The notes: a model not told the origin generated them from the sequence alone. DNA of 64,000 nucleotides from Octopus sinensis (GCF_006345805.1 NC_043023.1:372001-436000); one strand, 5' to 3'. Numbered from the stretch's first letter, positions 25,638 to 39,262 are shown. Made by a program: numbers and translations.

Positions 25638-25993
25638 AAATCGATCAACATCAATGGAAATTGCAGCTGTGATACCAGTGCCGGTGGAATGTAAGAGAAC
25701 CATCCGGACGTGGCCATTGCCAACGCCGCCCTGACTGGCCTCTGTGCTGGTGGCACGTAAAAAGCACCATCTGATCGTGGCCGTTGCCAGCCTTTCCTAG
25801 CACCTGTGCCGGTGGCACGTAAAAAGCACCCACTACACTCTCGGAGTGGTTGGCGTTAGGAAGGGCATCCAGCCGTAGAAACATTGCCAGATTAGACTGC
25901 AGCCTGGTGCAGCCTTCTGGCTTCCCAGACCCCAGTTGAACCGTCCAACCCATGCTTGCATGGAAAGCGGACGCTAAACGATGATGATGATGG
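25638..25993 (+). mobile_element. Retroposon 3' end, RTE-like (family H), with (GAT)n tail
   Basis: 'ggcacgtaaaaagcaccc..ggcgttaggaagggcatccagccgtagaaac..ccgtccaacccatgc..gcatggaaagcggacgctaaacgatgatgatg'; further copies at ~17775-17960 (-), 28770-28925 (+) and 31913-32165 (-). RTE assignment from memory. Confidence 0.75.
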
Positions 25994-27109
25994 TGAAAGA
26001 AGAAAGAAGGCAATGAAAGAAGAATTAAATAAGAGGAAGAAGAATTGGCTGATGAAAGAAGCATAAGGAAGAAAATGGAAGAAATAAAGGAGAGAGACGA
26101 TGATGATGAAAGATTAGTGCAAAAGAAAGAAAGGAGGAAACTTATCAGAAAGGATGGAAGACATATTGAAAAATAAAAACAGACCTCAAAACTGATGGCT
26201 TCCTCCCCGTCCCTGTGTCTTCCACACACACCATTAAACAGAAGAAGAATAATGACAGAAAAATAAAAGAAAAAGAAAAAGGAGAAATGGTAAAAAATGT
26301 CTTGAAGAATCCTTGACAGAATAAGTCTTGTCAAATATTTAATAATAGCTCAAGATATTATCTCTGTTGTGTTTGGATACGATTCTGAAAGAAAAACGAA
26401 GAATTTAGTGAAATGTTTTGGTTTTGAAAATAATATTTCAATTTCAGTTAGAGAATGTAAGAAATTCAGAGGTGGCTGTTGTTATGGAGGTGATGGTCAT
26501 GGTGGAGTGATAGGGGTGGGGAAAGGGGATGCTATAATGCATTATTTACCACACAATACAGGAATAATATATACATACTTATTAAATGTCTATGTATGTA
26601 TAAATACACACACACATATATGCATATATTTATTCACAGACACACATAGAAACATATAGATATCTGTATATGCACACACATTATTAATATACACATATAA
26701 ATGTACACATATATTATTATTATTATTATTATTATCAAATGACAAGTTATAAAGGGTTGACAGTTGTGTGCATGATATATATATATATTACTCATACATT
26801 AAGATATGAGCATGAACATATATAAAAATATATAGATAAATGCAAGCATACACATACATATCTATACATGAACACAAACACACATACACATCTACATACA
26901 TACATTTATTTACACATGTCTATGAATATTCACACATAGATTTTTGTCATATCTTTTCAGCGACACCAAATGCTTCAAATTTATTTGTTTCTATAAAGTC
27001 TCTGCTGAAACAAAAGTTGAAACATCTGGCCATGCTGTAAAGAAACTCTTGATCAAATGTAACAAGTCTGTTTTGCTGAGGTTTTTTTTTGTTTTTTGTA
27101 GGTTATTAT

Positions 27110-27365
27110 GACCAGCTGACAGAATCTGAACTCAGAATGTAGTGGCAGACAAAATACTGCTAAGCGTTTTGCCTGGCGTGCTAACCATTCTGCCAGCTCA
27201 CCGTCGTATTTCAGGGCTTCTTTCAGTTTCTGTCTATCAAATTCACTCACAAGGCTTTGTGAGTTGATTTGGTAGATGGTAGCCAATAGTAGAAGACACA
27301 GTACCATGCAGTGGGAACAAACCTGTAATCACGTGGTTGTAAAGCAAGGTTCTTACCTCACAGCT
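27110..27365 (-). mobile_element. Decayed SINE B head plus SINE A head
   Basis: 'ctgaactcagaa..tctgccagctcacc' then 'cttctttcagtttctgtctatcaaattcactcacaaggcttt'. Confidence 0.65.
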
Positions 27366-27930
27366 ACACCTGTGCCTTCCTTTTGAAAGAAGTTATCTAT
27401 AAAACTAGTTTTTAACCATCAAAAGGCTATGGAGGCCCACCAAAGTGAAATAATAATATCAAGGGGTTCACAGATGGAAAAGGATTGAGAATTACTATTA
27501 GTGAATGAGAAATACAAGAGAAGGGGTCAAAGTGAGACAGGTTTCTTGCTGCAGAGGGGTTACACGGGTACTCATAATTTAAAAGACAGGGTAGGAGGGT
27601 GATCAGCATAGTTAAAAAATAGTGGTAATAAGGTTTCTAGGTGGTCCCTCAAGGTAGGGGTGAGTGGAGGTTGTAAGAGTGATGACTGGGTGGGAGGGTG
27701 AATATAATGAATGAAGAACAAGTGTTGAGTGGGTGATAAGCATGTCAGGTAGGGGAGAGTAGGTGACAACTGTAGAAATTTGATACGTTTGAAGGGTGGA
27801 TTTTGTGAATGGTGGATAAGGGGTGGGGATGACCAATAATGCATGAGGGGTGGAGAGTAGAGATTCATCCTGAGTCATATTGACTCCTAGGGCTGGTTTT
27901 CTGGTTGCTGTGGCGAATATATTTCTCCTT

Positions 27931-28617
27931 TCTGTTTCTGGAGTGAAATGAAGTGTTTTGCTCAAGAACACAATGTATTGCCTGGTCCAGGAATTGAAAC
28001 CACAATCTTACAATCATGAGTCCAACACCCTAACCACTAAGCCACGAACCTTCACATCCAGGCATTTAAGAGAGTCTGTTTCTGGAGTGAAATGAAATGT
28101 TTTGCTCAAGAACACATGTATTGCCTGGTCCAGGAATTGAAACCACAATCTTACAATCATGAGTCCAACACCCTAACCACTAAGCCATGCACCTTCACAT
28201 CCAGGCATTTAAGAGAGTCTGTTTCTGGAGTGAAATGAAGTGTTTTGCTCAAGTACACAATGTATTGCCTGGTCCAGGAATTGAAACCACAATCTTACAA
28301 TCATGAGTCCAACACCCTAACCACTAAGCCACGAACCTTCACATCCAGGCATTTAAGAGAGTCTGTTTCTGGAGTGAAATGAAATGTTTTGCTCAAGAAC
28401 ACAATGTATTGCCTGGTTCAGGAATTGAAACCACAATCTTACAATCATGAGTCCAACACCCTAACCACTAAGCCATGCACCTTCACATCCAGGCATTTAA
28501 GAGAGTCTGTTTCTGGAGTGAAATGAAGGGTTTTGCTCAAGAACACAATGTATTCCCTGGTCCAGGATTTGAAACCACAATCTTACAATCATGAGTCCAA
28601 CACCCTAAGCCATGCAC
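27931..28617 (-). repeat. Tandem array of 4.8 x 144-bp units made from SINE family C heads, with alternating A/B unit variants
   Basis: Units start at 27931, 28075, 28218, 28362 and 28506; each carries TGGCTTAGTGG and GTTTCAATTCC on the - strand. Confidence 0.95.
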
Positions 28618-29112
28618 AGGTGGAGAGTAGCAGATTAGTTATGGTGATACAACAAAGGAAGGATGAGTGAGACAGAAAGAGGGAGAGGATGAAGATTATG
28701 ATGACATCATGTGCTAGATGTAAAGAAGTCTCACTGTCATACAAGCAGGGTCATTAATTTGCAATATCTTATGAAAGCATGTATGGCCATCAGAAAGTAT
28801 TCCTTGCCTAGAAACAGGTGAAGGTTGGTCACAGTAAGGGCCCCTGGGCATAGAAAATCTACCTCAATAAAAATTCATCTGACCCATGAGGACATGGAAA
28901 GATGAATGTTAAAATGATGGTGGTAGGGTGATGTGTGTGGAATGTATATGTGTATATACACAGGTAGTGATGGAATATGTATGAATGTGCATACACCTGT
29001 GATAATGGAATGTATGTTGTGTATACAGCAGACATTCTAAAATATGGATGCATATATTCACCAAATATATGTGTTTTTACACAGGTTGTTCTGGAATGCA
29101 TGCATGTATGTA

Positions 29113-29149
<37 letters not shown>

Positions 29150-29559
29150 GTCTATGCGTATACATACATTAGTTCCAGCAGAATATTACAATTGTTGGAA
29201 AATTTGTGTGTGTGTGTGTATATATGTGAAAGAGAGAGAGAAAGTATGTGTATATAGGTGTGTATACTTCTTGAAGTGGAATGTAGTGTCTGTAAGATGT
29301 GTGCAGTGCAAAACTGGTGTCAGCAGAGAATTCCTGTAAATTCTTCAGTTTGTCTCTCCCACCCCCACTCCCCACCTGCTCTGCCACCACATGCTGCTGC
29401 TGCCTCAAAGATTCCGTCTGATGAGTAGAAGCAATTGGTCGATAGCATGTGGGAGTATACACATGGCATGCATTCATGCATGTATGTATGCATAGACAGA
29501 CAAAGAAATAGACAGAGAGATAGATAGAGAGACAGCCAGAGAGACAGATAGACACCTAC

Positions 29560-29592
29560 ACAAATGCAGATGTGTGTGTGTGTATATATATG

Positions 29593-29688
<96 letters not shown>

Positions 29689-30239
29689 ATATATATATAT
29701 ATACATACATAAGTATGTATATATATATACACATATATGTGTACGTATATATATATGTATATATATTTATATACACAAATATGTGTGTACGTATATATAT
29801 ATATATATGTGTGTGTGTGTATATATGTATATATATGTGTGTGTATATATATATATGTGTGTGTGTGTCTGGTGATATATGTCTGTAGGTCTATATTCAC
29901 ATATACATATATATATGTATGTATATATATATATACACACATATATATTATTTATATAATTGTATATATATGTCTGTGTGTATATCTATATCTCACTATC
30001 AACCTAGATAGATAGATGAGAGTGACAGTGACACAGAAATATATACATGTATGTGCATACACATATACACACAACTCTAAACATATACATACACATATTT
30101 CACATGTGTATCTAATGCACCTATGTATATGATGTGCATGTGTCTTGTGTATATACGTATGTGTGCATATACACATCAATATTCTGTATTCATATGTTGT
30201 AGATGACACCATGCATGCTTTGCCTCTATACACATTTGC

Positions 30240-30280
<41 letters not shown>

Positions 30281-30599
30281 CCCTATCACCCCACCTTGGA
30301 CACACATTCGTAAATGCTAAGGAGTGCATGCTGTCTTTTATATATATATATATATCTGTATGTATATGTATATATATATATGTATATGTATGTGTGTATA
30401 TATATATTATATATAATATATATATATATATATAAATAAATGTATGTGTATATATATATATATATATATATTATGTATGTATGTATATTATATATATATA
30501 TGTATGTATATGTGTGTATATATATGTATGTGTATATATATGTGTGTGTGTATATATATATATATAGAAATATATATATATGTATTTATGTAAGTATGT

Positions 30600-30647
<48 letters not shown>

Positions 30648-30900
30648 GCATGTGTGTATCTATATATATACACAGTCTTTGTGTATGTCTGAACATTTAT
30701 GTATAGAGGTGTATGAGTGTGTGTATGAGTGTGTGTGTGTAGGTATGTCTACAAATTAATGTGTATGCATGAGCATGTATTTATGTGTGCATCCATATAT
30801 ATGTGTGTATGTGTGTGTGTGTGTATGTATGTATATAGGTAGCATGTGTGTGGGTGAGCATGAATGTATGTGCTTGGAGACATATGTATTTATATAAAAT
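29560..30900. repeat. (TA)n/(TG)n compound microsatellite field
   Basis: Direct inspection. Confidence 0.9.
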
Positions 30901-31912
30901 GCATGTATGAATGAATGCATTCAATCATGAATGCCTGTAAGTATGAATAACCATGTATGCGTGCATTTATGTGCATCTGTGTGTGTATGAGAGAGAGAGA
31001 GTAAGAAATATAGAAAGAGATTGAAAGGGCTACAAAGAGAGGGTATGTATCTATGAGAGAAAGAGGCAGAAAGATATAGAGGGGGAGAAAGAGAGAGAGA
31101 GAGAGAACTGAGACAGACTGATAGGAGAGATGGAGTGAGGGATAGCAGAGAGGAGAGGGTGCATGCGCACAATGCATGCTTGGTTTTTTACATTGCATGG
31201 CCTTGTGAATTTCATGTAGCTACATTTTTTCAACAAACTTTTTATGCCTTTGCTGCTCCGTTCGTAGTTTTAAACATCTTTTTTTTACCTTGTATTTTCT
31301 GGGAAATTTCTTCAGATATTTTGTAGGGTTTTTTTTCTTTCTACTTCTTCATCTTCTGCAAAATTTCCCCTCGATGCTGTTGTTGTTGTTGTTGTTGTTG
31401 GTATAATTGTTTAAAATCAATAAAGCTCAAACTTTTTAATTTAATTTCATTAAAATTAGGACTGTGTTGTTGGCAGTTAAAACACCACCGCTACCACAAC
31501 AACAACAAAAACAACCACAAGAGCAACAACAACATCATCATCATCACCACCAACGACAACAACAACAACAGCAGTTATACAAATAGTTAAATTTACAGAA
31601 CATTAATTAAAAAAGAAATTAGTGTTAGCGGAATAAGGTGATGGTGGTGGTGATGTCAGCAGTGGTTGTGGTCATGACGATAGCAGGATTTGGCAAAGTT
31701 GATGGGTTAACATCTCTCTCTCTCTGTTTCCCTTTCTCTCTCTCTCACACACACACAAACACACACACACAAACACACACACACAAACACATGCACTCAA
31801 GAACTGAGTGGCTTCACACTTGAATTGCAGAGAGGGCAACTGCCGCAAAAAAAATTGAAAACTAGCAAATGCATGAAGTAAAACAAAAAAAAAGAAGAAG
31901 AAAAAGGCATTA

Positions 31913-32165
31913 ATCATCATCGTTTAACGTCCGTTTTCCGTGCTGGCATGGGTTGGACAGTTTGACATGAACTAGCAATGCCAGGAACTGTAGCAGACTT
32001 CATTGTTTTGGCATAGATTCTACAGCTGGATGCCGTTCCTAACACCAACCTCTACACAGAGCATACTGGCTGCTTTTTCACCTGACACGACCCAGGGTGC
32101 TTTTATGCGCCACCGGCACTCGTGCTTTAGACATGGCACCAGCAGTAACAGGATTGCCGAGTATG
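31913..32165 (-). mobile_element. Family H (RTE-like) 3' end
   Basis: 'atcatcatcgtttaacgtccgttttccgtgctggcatgggttggacag' is the reverse complement of the 25990 tail. Confidence 0.8.
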
Positions 32166-32219
32166 TTGCAAAACAAAGAGATAAGAAAAAATAATAATGG
32201 TTTCAAATTTTTGCACAAG

Positions 32220-32625
32220 GCCTGCAATTTTAGGGTTAGTAAAATGTCATTACATCAACCCCAGTACTCAACTGGTACTTATTTTATCAACCCTGAGAGG
32301 ATCAAAGGCAAAGTTGACCTCAGAACCTAAATACAGGTGAAATGCTGAGCAGCATTTCACCTCACCTGTTATGCTAACGATTCTGTGAATTCACCATCAG
32401 AATAATAATAATAGTAATCATTTACTATAGGCACAAGCCTGCAATTTTGGGGGAGGGGACTGGGTGATTACATCGACCCTAGTATGCAACTGGTACTTAA
32501 TTTATCAACCCTGAAAGGATGACAGGCAAAGTTGATCTTGGTGGAATTTGAACTAAGAACCTAGCAACAGGTGAAATATCATTAAGCATTTTTTCCACCT
32601 GTGCTAATGATACTGCCAGTTCATT
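32220..32625 (-). mobile_element. Two decayed SINE family B copies
   Basis: 'ctggtactta.tttatcaaccct..ggcaaagttgacct' occurs twice. Confidence 0.75.
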
Positions 32626-32654
32626 AGCTTTAATAATAATAATATATAATAATA

Positions 32655-33137
32655 ATAGGCATAGGAGTGGCTGTGTGGTAAGTAGCTTGCTTACCAACCA
32701 CTTGGTTCTGGGTTCAGTCCCACTGTGTAGCATCTTGGGCAAATGTCTTCTACATGTCTTCCTCGGGACGACCAAAGCCTTGTGAGTGGATTTAGTAGAT
32801 GGAAACTGAAAGAAGCCTGTCGTATATATGTATTTATACACACACATACATATATTTATACATATATATATATAGATATATATATATATATAATATATAT
32901 ATATATATATTATGTTGTGTGTGTGTGTGTTTGTGCATCTGTGTTTGTCCCCCCCAACATTGCTTGACAACCAATGCTGGTGTGTTTACATCCCTGTAAC
33001 TTAGCGGTTCGGCAAAAGAGATCGATAGAATAAGCAAGTGCTACTAGGCTTACAAAGAATAAGTCCTGGGGTCGATTTGCTCGATTAAAGGGCGGTGCTC
33101 CAGCATGGCCACAGTCAAATGACTGAAACAAGTAAAA
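32655..33137 (+). mobile_element. SINE family A, full length
   Basis: 'ataggcataggagtggctgtgtggtaag' to 'gactgaaacaagtaaaa'. Confidence 0.9.
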
Positions 33138-33481
33138 CAGTAATTCTTTCTATTATAGACACAAAGCCTGAAATTTGGATGGAGGGGGCTAGTTGATTAC
33201 ATTGACCCCAGTGAATTACTGGTACTTATTTCTTTGACCCTGAAATGATGAAAGGCAAAGTTGACCTAAAAATGTTTTCAAGTTTTGGCACAAGGCCAGC
33301 AATTTGGGAGAAGGGATAAAACAATGACATCCACCTTGGTGTTTGACTGATTCGTATTTTATCAATCCTGGAAAGATGAAAGGGAAAGTTGTCCTTGGTG
33401 GAATTTGAACTCAGAATCTAAAGAGTCAGAACAAACAATGCAAGGCATTTTCCTGACAGATCTACAACTGATTCTGCCATT

Positions 33482-33778
33482 CCAAAAGGAAGAAAATGGC
33501 AAAGAAAAAAGAACTTTTAAAAATCAGGTCAATTAGTAAAAATGGTTTCAAAATAAGAAAATGGTTTTGGTATTTTTTCTAAAAGACTTGTCTTGATCTG
33601 TCTCCATGACGTTCAAACCATTTGATGAGGTTTCACACTTTTTTTTATAACCATTGAATACATACATAGATATGTGTGTGTGTGTGTATATGTATGTATG
33701 TGTGTATGTATGCATACACATATATACAAATATGCACAGGTGAACACATGCATATATACATATACATATGTATCTATG

Positions 33779-33824
<46 letters not shown>

Positions 33825-34468
33825 TAAATATATACATATATACACATAAATACATGAATACATACATACACACTCACACACACATATATATACATATATA
33901 TGTATATATATATATACACACACATAAATACATGCATATACACACACACACACGATTACTGCATATATACATACACATGTGTGTCAGTATATCTATATAT
34001 ATTTATACTTTTGTATACATACATAGATGTAGATATGTACATATATATATTTACAAATGTATAAACATATACGTACATACATTTTTATACATATATATAC
34101 ACACATACATATATATGTATACGTATATATATACACATATATATATGTGTACGTATATATATATATGTGTATGTATACACACACACACACACACATACAT
34201 ATGTGTATGTATATATGCATGTATTCACCTGTGCATATTTGTATACATATGTGTATGCATACATACATACACACACACACATCTATGTATGTATTCAATG
34301 GTTATAAAAAAAGTGTGAAACCTCATCAAATGGTTTGAACGTCATGGAGACAGATCGAGACGAGTCTTTTAGAAAAAATACCAAAACCATTTTCTTATTT
34401 TGAAACCATTTTTTCTAATTGACCTGATTTTTAAAAGTTCTTTTTTTTTTGCCATTTTCTTCCTTTGG
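33482..34468. repeat. Foldback: ~300-bp inverted arms around a microsatellite spacer
   Basis: 33482-~33790 'ccaaaaggaagaaaatggcaaag...gtttcacac..accattgaatacatacatag..gcacaggtgaa' is the reverse complement of ~34170-34468. Confidence 0.9.
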
Positions 34469-34640
34469 GTCCATCCGAGACAAGAGAAATTTGTGACTAG
34501 CCAGAAACGCCCGGCAGTGATATTGAACACGAGTCCCCTGTGATGGCGACGTAAGTTTATTTATCCATTCGGCCAAACCTTCAGATATATGCTGTCTAGA
34601 CACACAGACAAGCTTTTGTGAAGACAAGGCATACTCACAC
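34465..34640 (+). pseudogene. Duplicated, disabled copy of the 38334-38424 exon plus the start of its intron
   Basis: Matches 38339-38515; lacks the acceptor; in-frame TAG at 34498-34500; GTAAGT donor retained at 34551. Confidence 0.7.
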
Positions 34641-34897
34641 ATGTATACTTACATGATCAAACAGACTTCCAAAGAGACTGGAGTTGGTCAGTGTCAGCAA
34701 GATTTATAATTTGTAGCAAAATCGATAAAGCAAGTTCAGTGTACCTGTCATGATGGGTGTGGGGGAATCCAGAGTTTCAGACAGCCCTTCCCCAGGGGAA
34801 AAGTTGTAAGGAGAGAAATAAATGAGAGACAAGAGAGTTTTACATCCTCTAAGTTAAAGAAACTGTCCTCAACCTTCCCTCTCCTTTCAACATTTAC

Positions 34898-34939
34898 CTG
34901 ATAAAGGACACTAGTCTGAAACGTTGAGTTTTCCACTCC
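34898..34939 (+). ncRNA. Decayed minimal hammerhead relic
   Basis: CTGATAA-A-GGAC acta GTCT-GAAA-CG-TT then 'gagttttccactcc'; C3/A8 mismatch; same 3' flank as the relic at 11429-11461. Confidence 0.35.
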
Positions 34940-35166
34940 TCACTGCAAGTTCACTGTAATCTTTTTATTGATTTTACTATATAATGTGTAAACATATAAA
35001 CAAATATCAAAATATACAGAACTGTTTACCTGCTGCACTATTTACCTGCTGAACTGTAACATTGATACATGAAACTACCAATGCACTTTAATTAACCTCA
35101 TTAACTCTATGAATTCATTGATTCATCAATTCTTTCATAATGGAATTACATAATACAGTTGCCTCT

Positions 35167-35321
35167 AAGTCTAACTGATGACTGCTAATATCCTCAATTA
35201 AGGATGTTTTTTTAATAATATTTTACCTCGATCTATGATGAGATACTTGGAGTACATGAAATTGTTACATATTAAAATGATCCACTTGGTCAGGTATTCC
35301 AGAAACAGTTGTAGGTGACTT
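35167..35321 (+). ncRNA. Decayed hammerhead with a very long stem II insert
   Basis: CTGATGA 35175-35181; GAAA 35302-35305; C-AGTT-G stem III; GTA 35311-35313; AAGTC/GACTT partial stem I. Confidence 0.4.
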
Positions 35322-35572
35322 TACATATCATAACTGTTCTATGCTTTATTTATACTTTATTTGTTCTGTTTATTACAACAATATTCTGGAATAATGCTAA
35401 ATGCTATGTTTGAATCAGGCACCATTTCTAGTTGCTTTGGATAGGCTATTTCAACACTTCATTCCTATTTGCACCTGAAGCTGGAGTTTTAGTGATAAAC
35501 TGATCCAAGCACTCATTGTACTTACCTAATAATTATATATTTTAATACCTATTAATATATTGATATGTGTAA

Positions 35573-35875
35573 GCACAATGGCCCAGTGGTTAGGGCAGCG
35601 GACTCGCGGTCGGTGGATTGCGGTTTCGATTCCCAGACCGGGCGTTGTGTGTTTATTGAGCAAAAACACCTAAAGCTCCACGAGGTTCCGGCAGGGGGTG
35701 GTGGCGACCCCTGGTGTACTCTTTCGCCCAAACTTTCTCTCACTCTCTCTTCCTACTTCTTGAGTAACGCTGCGATGAACTGACGTCCCATCCAGCTGGG
35801 GGGAACACATACGCCACAGAAACTGGGAAACTGGGCCCATAAGCCTGGTTAGGCTTGGAAAGGGCGCATAAAAAA
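35573..35875 (+). mobile_element. Chimeric SINE: family D head with family C tail
   Basis: 'caatggcccagtggttagggcagcggactcgcgg..aaaacacctaaagctccacgagg' then 'gagtaacgctgcgatg..cgtcccatccagctggggg..gggcccat.agcctgg.taggctt'. Confidence 0.8.
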
Positions 35876-35982
35876 ATAAATATATTGATATATGTCAATC
35901 AATGTAATACTCCTTGCATTTTCTCTACATCAAAACAGAGACAATGCATACATATATACATTCAAAAATATATATAGGCGCA

Positions 35983-36370
35983 GGAGTGGCTGTGTGGTAA
36001 GTAGCTTGTTTACCAACTACATGGTTCCAGGTTCAGTCCCACTGTGTGACACCTTGGGCAAGTGTCTTCTACTTTAGCCTCGGGCCGACCAAAGCCTTGT
36101 GAGTGGATTTGGTAGATGGAAACTGAAAGAAGCCCGTCATATATATGTATATATATGTATATATGTGTGTGCGTGTATGTTTGTGTTTGTCCCCCTAGCA
36201 TTGCTTGACAACCGATGCTGGTGTGTTTATGTCCCCGTTACTTATCGGTTTGGAAAAAGAGACCGATAGAATAAGTACTAGGCTTACAAAGAATAAGTCC
36301 TGGGGTCGATTTGCTCGACTAAAGGCGGTGCTCCAGCATGGCCGCAGTCAAATGACAAACAAGTAAAAGA
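35983..36370 (+). mobile_element. SINE family A, full length
   Basis: 'ataggcgcaggagtggctgtgtgg' to 'caagtaaaaga'. Confidence 0.9.
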
Positions 36371-37204
36371 GATACATGAATGCTTGTGTTTATGTTCAGT
36401 TGTAATCCATTCTACTGAAGGCATAAGGTCTGAAATTCTGGGGCAAGTGACCAGTCAATTTATGTCAAGTCCAGTGCTTGATTGCTACTCATTTTATTGA
36501 CCCCAACTGGATGAAAGGCAAAGCCGACCTCGGTAGAATTTCCCCACGGTACCATGTAGTCGGACTGAACCCAGAACCATGTGGCTGGGAAGCAAACTTC
36601 TTAACCACACAACCATGCCTGTGCCTACAAACACACGTGTGTGTGTGTGTGCATGATTGTATGTGTGTTAAGTCACCATCACTTAGCAATTCAGCAAAGG
36701 AGACTGATAGAATAAGTACAAAAAAAAAATAGTATATAGGTTGATTCATTTGAGTAGAATTCTTCAAGATGGTGGTGTTCCAGCATGGCCACCACAGTCA
36801 AATAACTAACACAAGTAATGCAGTAAAAGATAACCCCTCACCCCAACTGTGTATGGGGTGTGGGCGTGTAGGAAGTGAGTGTATATAGGTGTATGTATAT
36901 ATATATATGCATAAGTGTGTGCATGTGACTAATCAATCGTACATAACAACAGACATACACAGACTAATGGCAATGTGTACAACACACACACACACACACG
37001 TCTACATGTCGGTTTATGAATCTTCTGATTAGATATACAAATAGGTGAGAGTGTGTGTGTGTGTTGTGTGTGTGTGGTGTGTGTGTGGTCATGTGTGCAT
37101 GTCTTTGCAGTGGATTAGGTGCAACTGTGCATCACTGACTTCTTGGAAAATGACTTACCATACTGTCTTCTTTATCAACAGAGTCACATCTGTCTAGTCA
37201 TACA

Positions 37205-37382
37205 TCCATCCATCTATCTGTCTGTCTGTCCAGACCGATAGACATATAGATAGATAGAGAGAGAGACAGAGGGAGAGAGACAGATAGATAGACAGATAAA
37301 TAGATAGATAGATGGATAGATAGATAGATAGATAGATAGATAGACAGATAAATAGATAGATAGATAAATAGATAGATAGACG

Positions 37383-37421
<39 letters not shown>

Positions 37422-37574
37422 GGATAGATAGACAGATGGATAGATAGACAGACAGACAGACGGACAGACAGACAGATTGATAGATAGATGTATAGATAGA
37501 TATGTTTATTAGCCACACAGGGCTGAACACAGACAGGACAAAATACAAAGTAGAGCTTTTCTTTTTAGGGCGAA

Positions 37575-37611
<37 letters not shown>

Positions 37612-37770
37612 TAGATAGATATAGATAGATAGATATATAAAGAGATAGATAGAAAGAGAGACAGATGAATAGATAGATGGATAGATAGAGTGATAGACAG
37701 ATAGTGTATGGATGTAAATAGATATATAGATAGGTAGGTGTATGAATGGATGAAAGTATATAGATCAATA
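37205..37770. repeat. (GATA)n/(GACA)n microsatellite
   Basis: Direct inspection. Confidence 0.95.
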
Positions 37771-37939
37771 TATAGATGGGGAAATGGATTGGCACCATGC
37801 TTTCCCTACACTATACACACCACCACCTCCACCACCACGTTTATATATTAACAGACAAGTTAAAATCCTGTATGAATCAGCTGTTTGCTGCATACATACA
37901 TAAATATATACACACTTATTCTGCTGAGTAAGCAGCCTC

Positions 37940-37987
<48 letters not shown>

Positions 37988-38333
37988 TAAGCACATACAT
38001 ACATCATACAAATACATAGGAAGGAACATGCATGCATGACCGTTTGCACTCAATGCATCGCATGTGCACACAGTTCGATATTGCATACCTTTCTGTGCAG
38101 TCATACTTTCCAGCACAAGGGATCTCCGTCGGTATCGACGACGAGCACCCTAGCTTTTCTAACTGATCTCAAATTGTCTACTCATTGAATTTTTAAGTGG
38201 CGGAGTATTCCACAGACACGTCGTACCCTTAATTTATCGTTTATTATATGTGACAAGGATGGGCTATATTGAATCAGACGTCCAATCCATTCAAAGGCTT
38301 CCCAATAGTTTCCCTATAACCTGTTTCAATTAG

Positions 38334-38424
38334 AAAACTTGGGTCCATCCGAGACGAGAGAAATTTATGATTTGCCAGAAACGCCCGGCAGTGATATTGA
38401 ACACGAGTCCCTCGTGATGGCGAC
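38334..38424 (+). CDS. Candidate internal coding exon (91 nt, phase 1-2): ENLGPSETREIYDLPETPGSDIEHESLVMAT
   Basis: Acceptor 'tttccctataacctgtttcaattag|'; donor 'GAC|GTAAGT'; only one open frame; acidic, Pro-rich peptide with a YDLP motif; no family recognised. Confidence 0.5.
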
Positions 38425-38759
38425 GTAAGTTTGTTTATCTATTCGGCCAAACCTTCAGATATTGGCTGTCTAGACACACAGACAAGCTTTTGTAAAGGCA
38501 ATGCATTTCACACACACAGTTATGTTTGCGAGCGCGTGTGTGTGGAATCAGTGTTTGCATAATAAAGGGGACAGAGGGGGGGAAAGATAAATATATATAT
38601 GGGATGCACGGAGAGAGAGACAGAGAAACAGAGAGAGAAAGGGGGGTAGAAAAATATATATAGATACATATGTGGATGGATGGATAGATATAGATAAATA
38701 GATAAATGGATAGGATGATAGATGGATAGATAGAGGGATGGATGGATATGATAGTATAG

Positions 38760-38833
38760 ATAGAAGAATAGACAGATAGAAGAATGGACTGATAGGCAGA
38801 CAGATAGACAGATAGAGAGATAGATAGACAGGC

Positions 38834-38864
<31 letters not shown>

Positions 38865-38930
38865 TAGACAGGCTGATAGACAGACAGTGACAGGCAGCTA
38901 GATAGACAGATAGATAGATAGATAGATAGT

Positions 38931-38966
<36 letters not shown>

Positions 38967-38987
38967 TAGATAGACAGATAGATAGAC

Positions 38988-39046
<59 letters not shown>

Positions 39047-39059
39047 GAAATAGACAGGC

Positions 39060-39094
<35 letters not shown>

Positions 39095-39163
39095 TAGATA
39101 GACAGATAGATAGACAGATAGATAGACAGATAGATAGACAGATAGATAGACAGATAGATAGAC

Positions 39164-39262
<99 letters not shown>

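Noticed and set aside
27931-28617. Possible tRNA gene cluster
   Set aside because: The tRNA-like part has no proper acceptor stem and continues into the CORE-like SINE body; it is SINE-derived.
31291-31357. Minus-strand exon candidate (ttttgcag|...CAAG|GTAAAA)
   Set aside because: All three frames contain a stop as the sequence is given (8-T run).
37160-37195. Minus-strand exon candidate ending ATG|GTAAGT
   Set aside because: No pyrimidine tract at the acceptor; GTAAGT alone is expected many times by chance in 64 kb.
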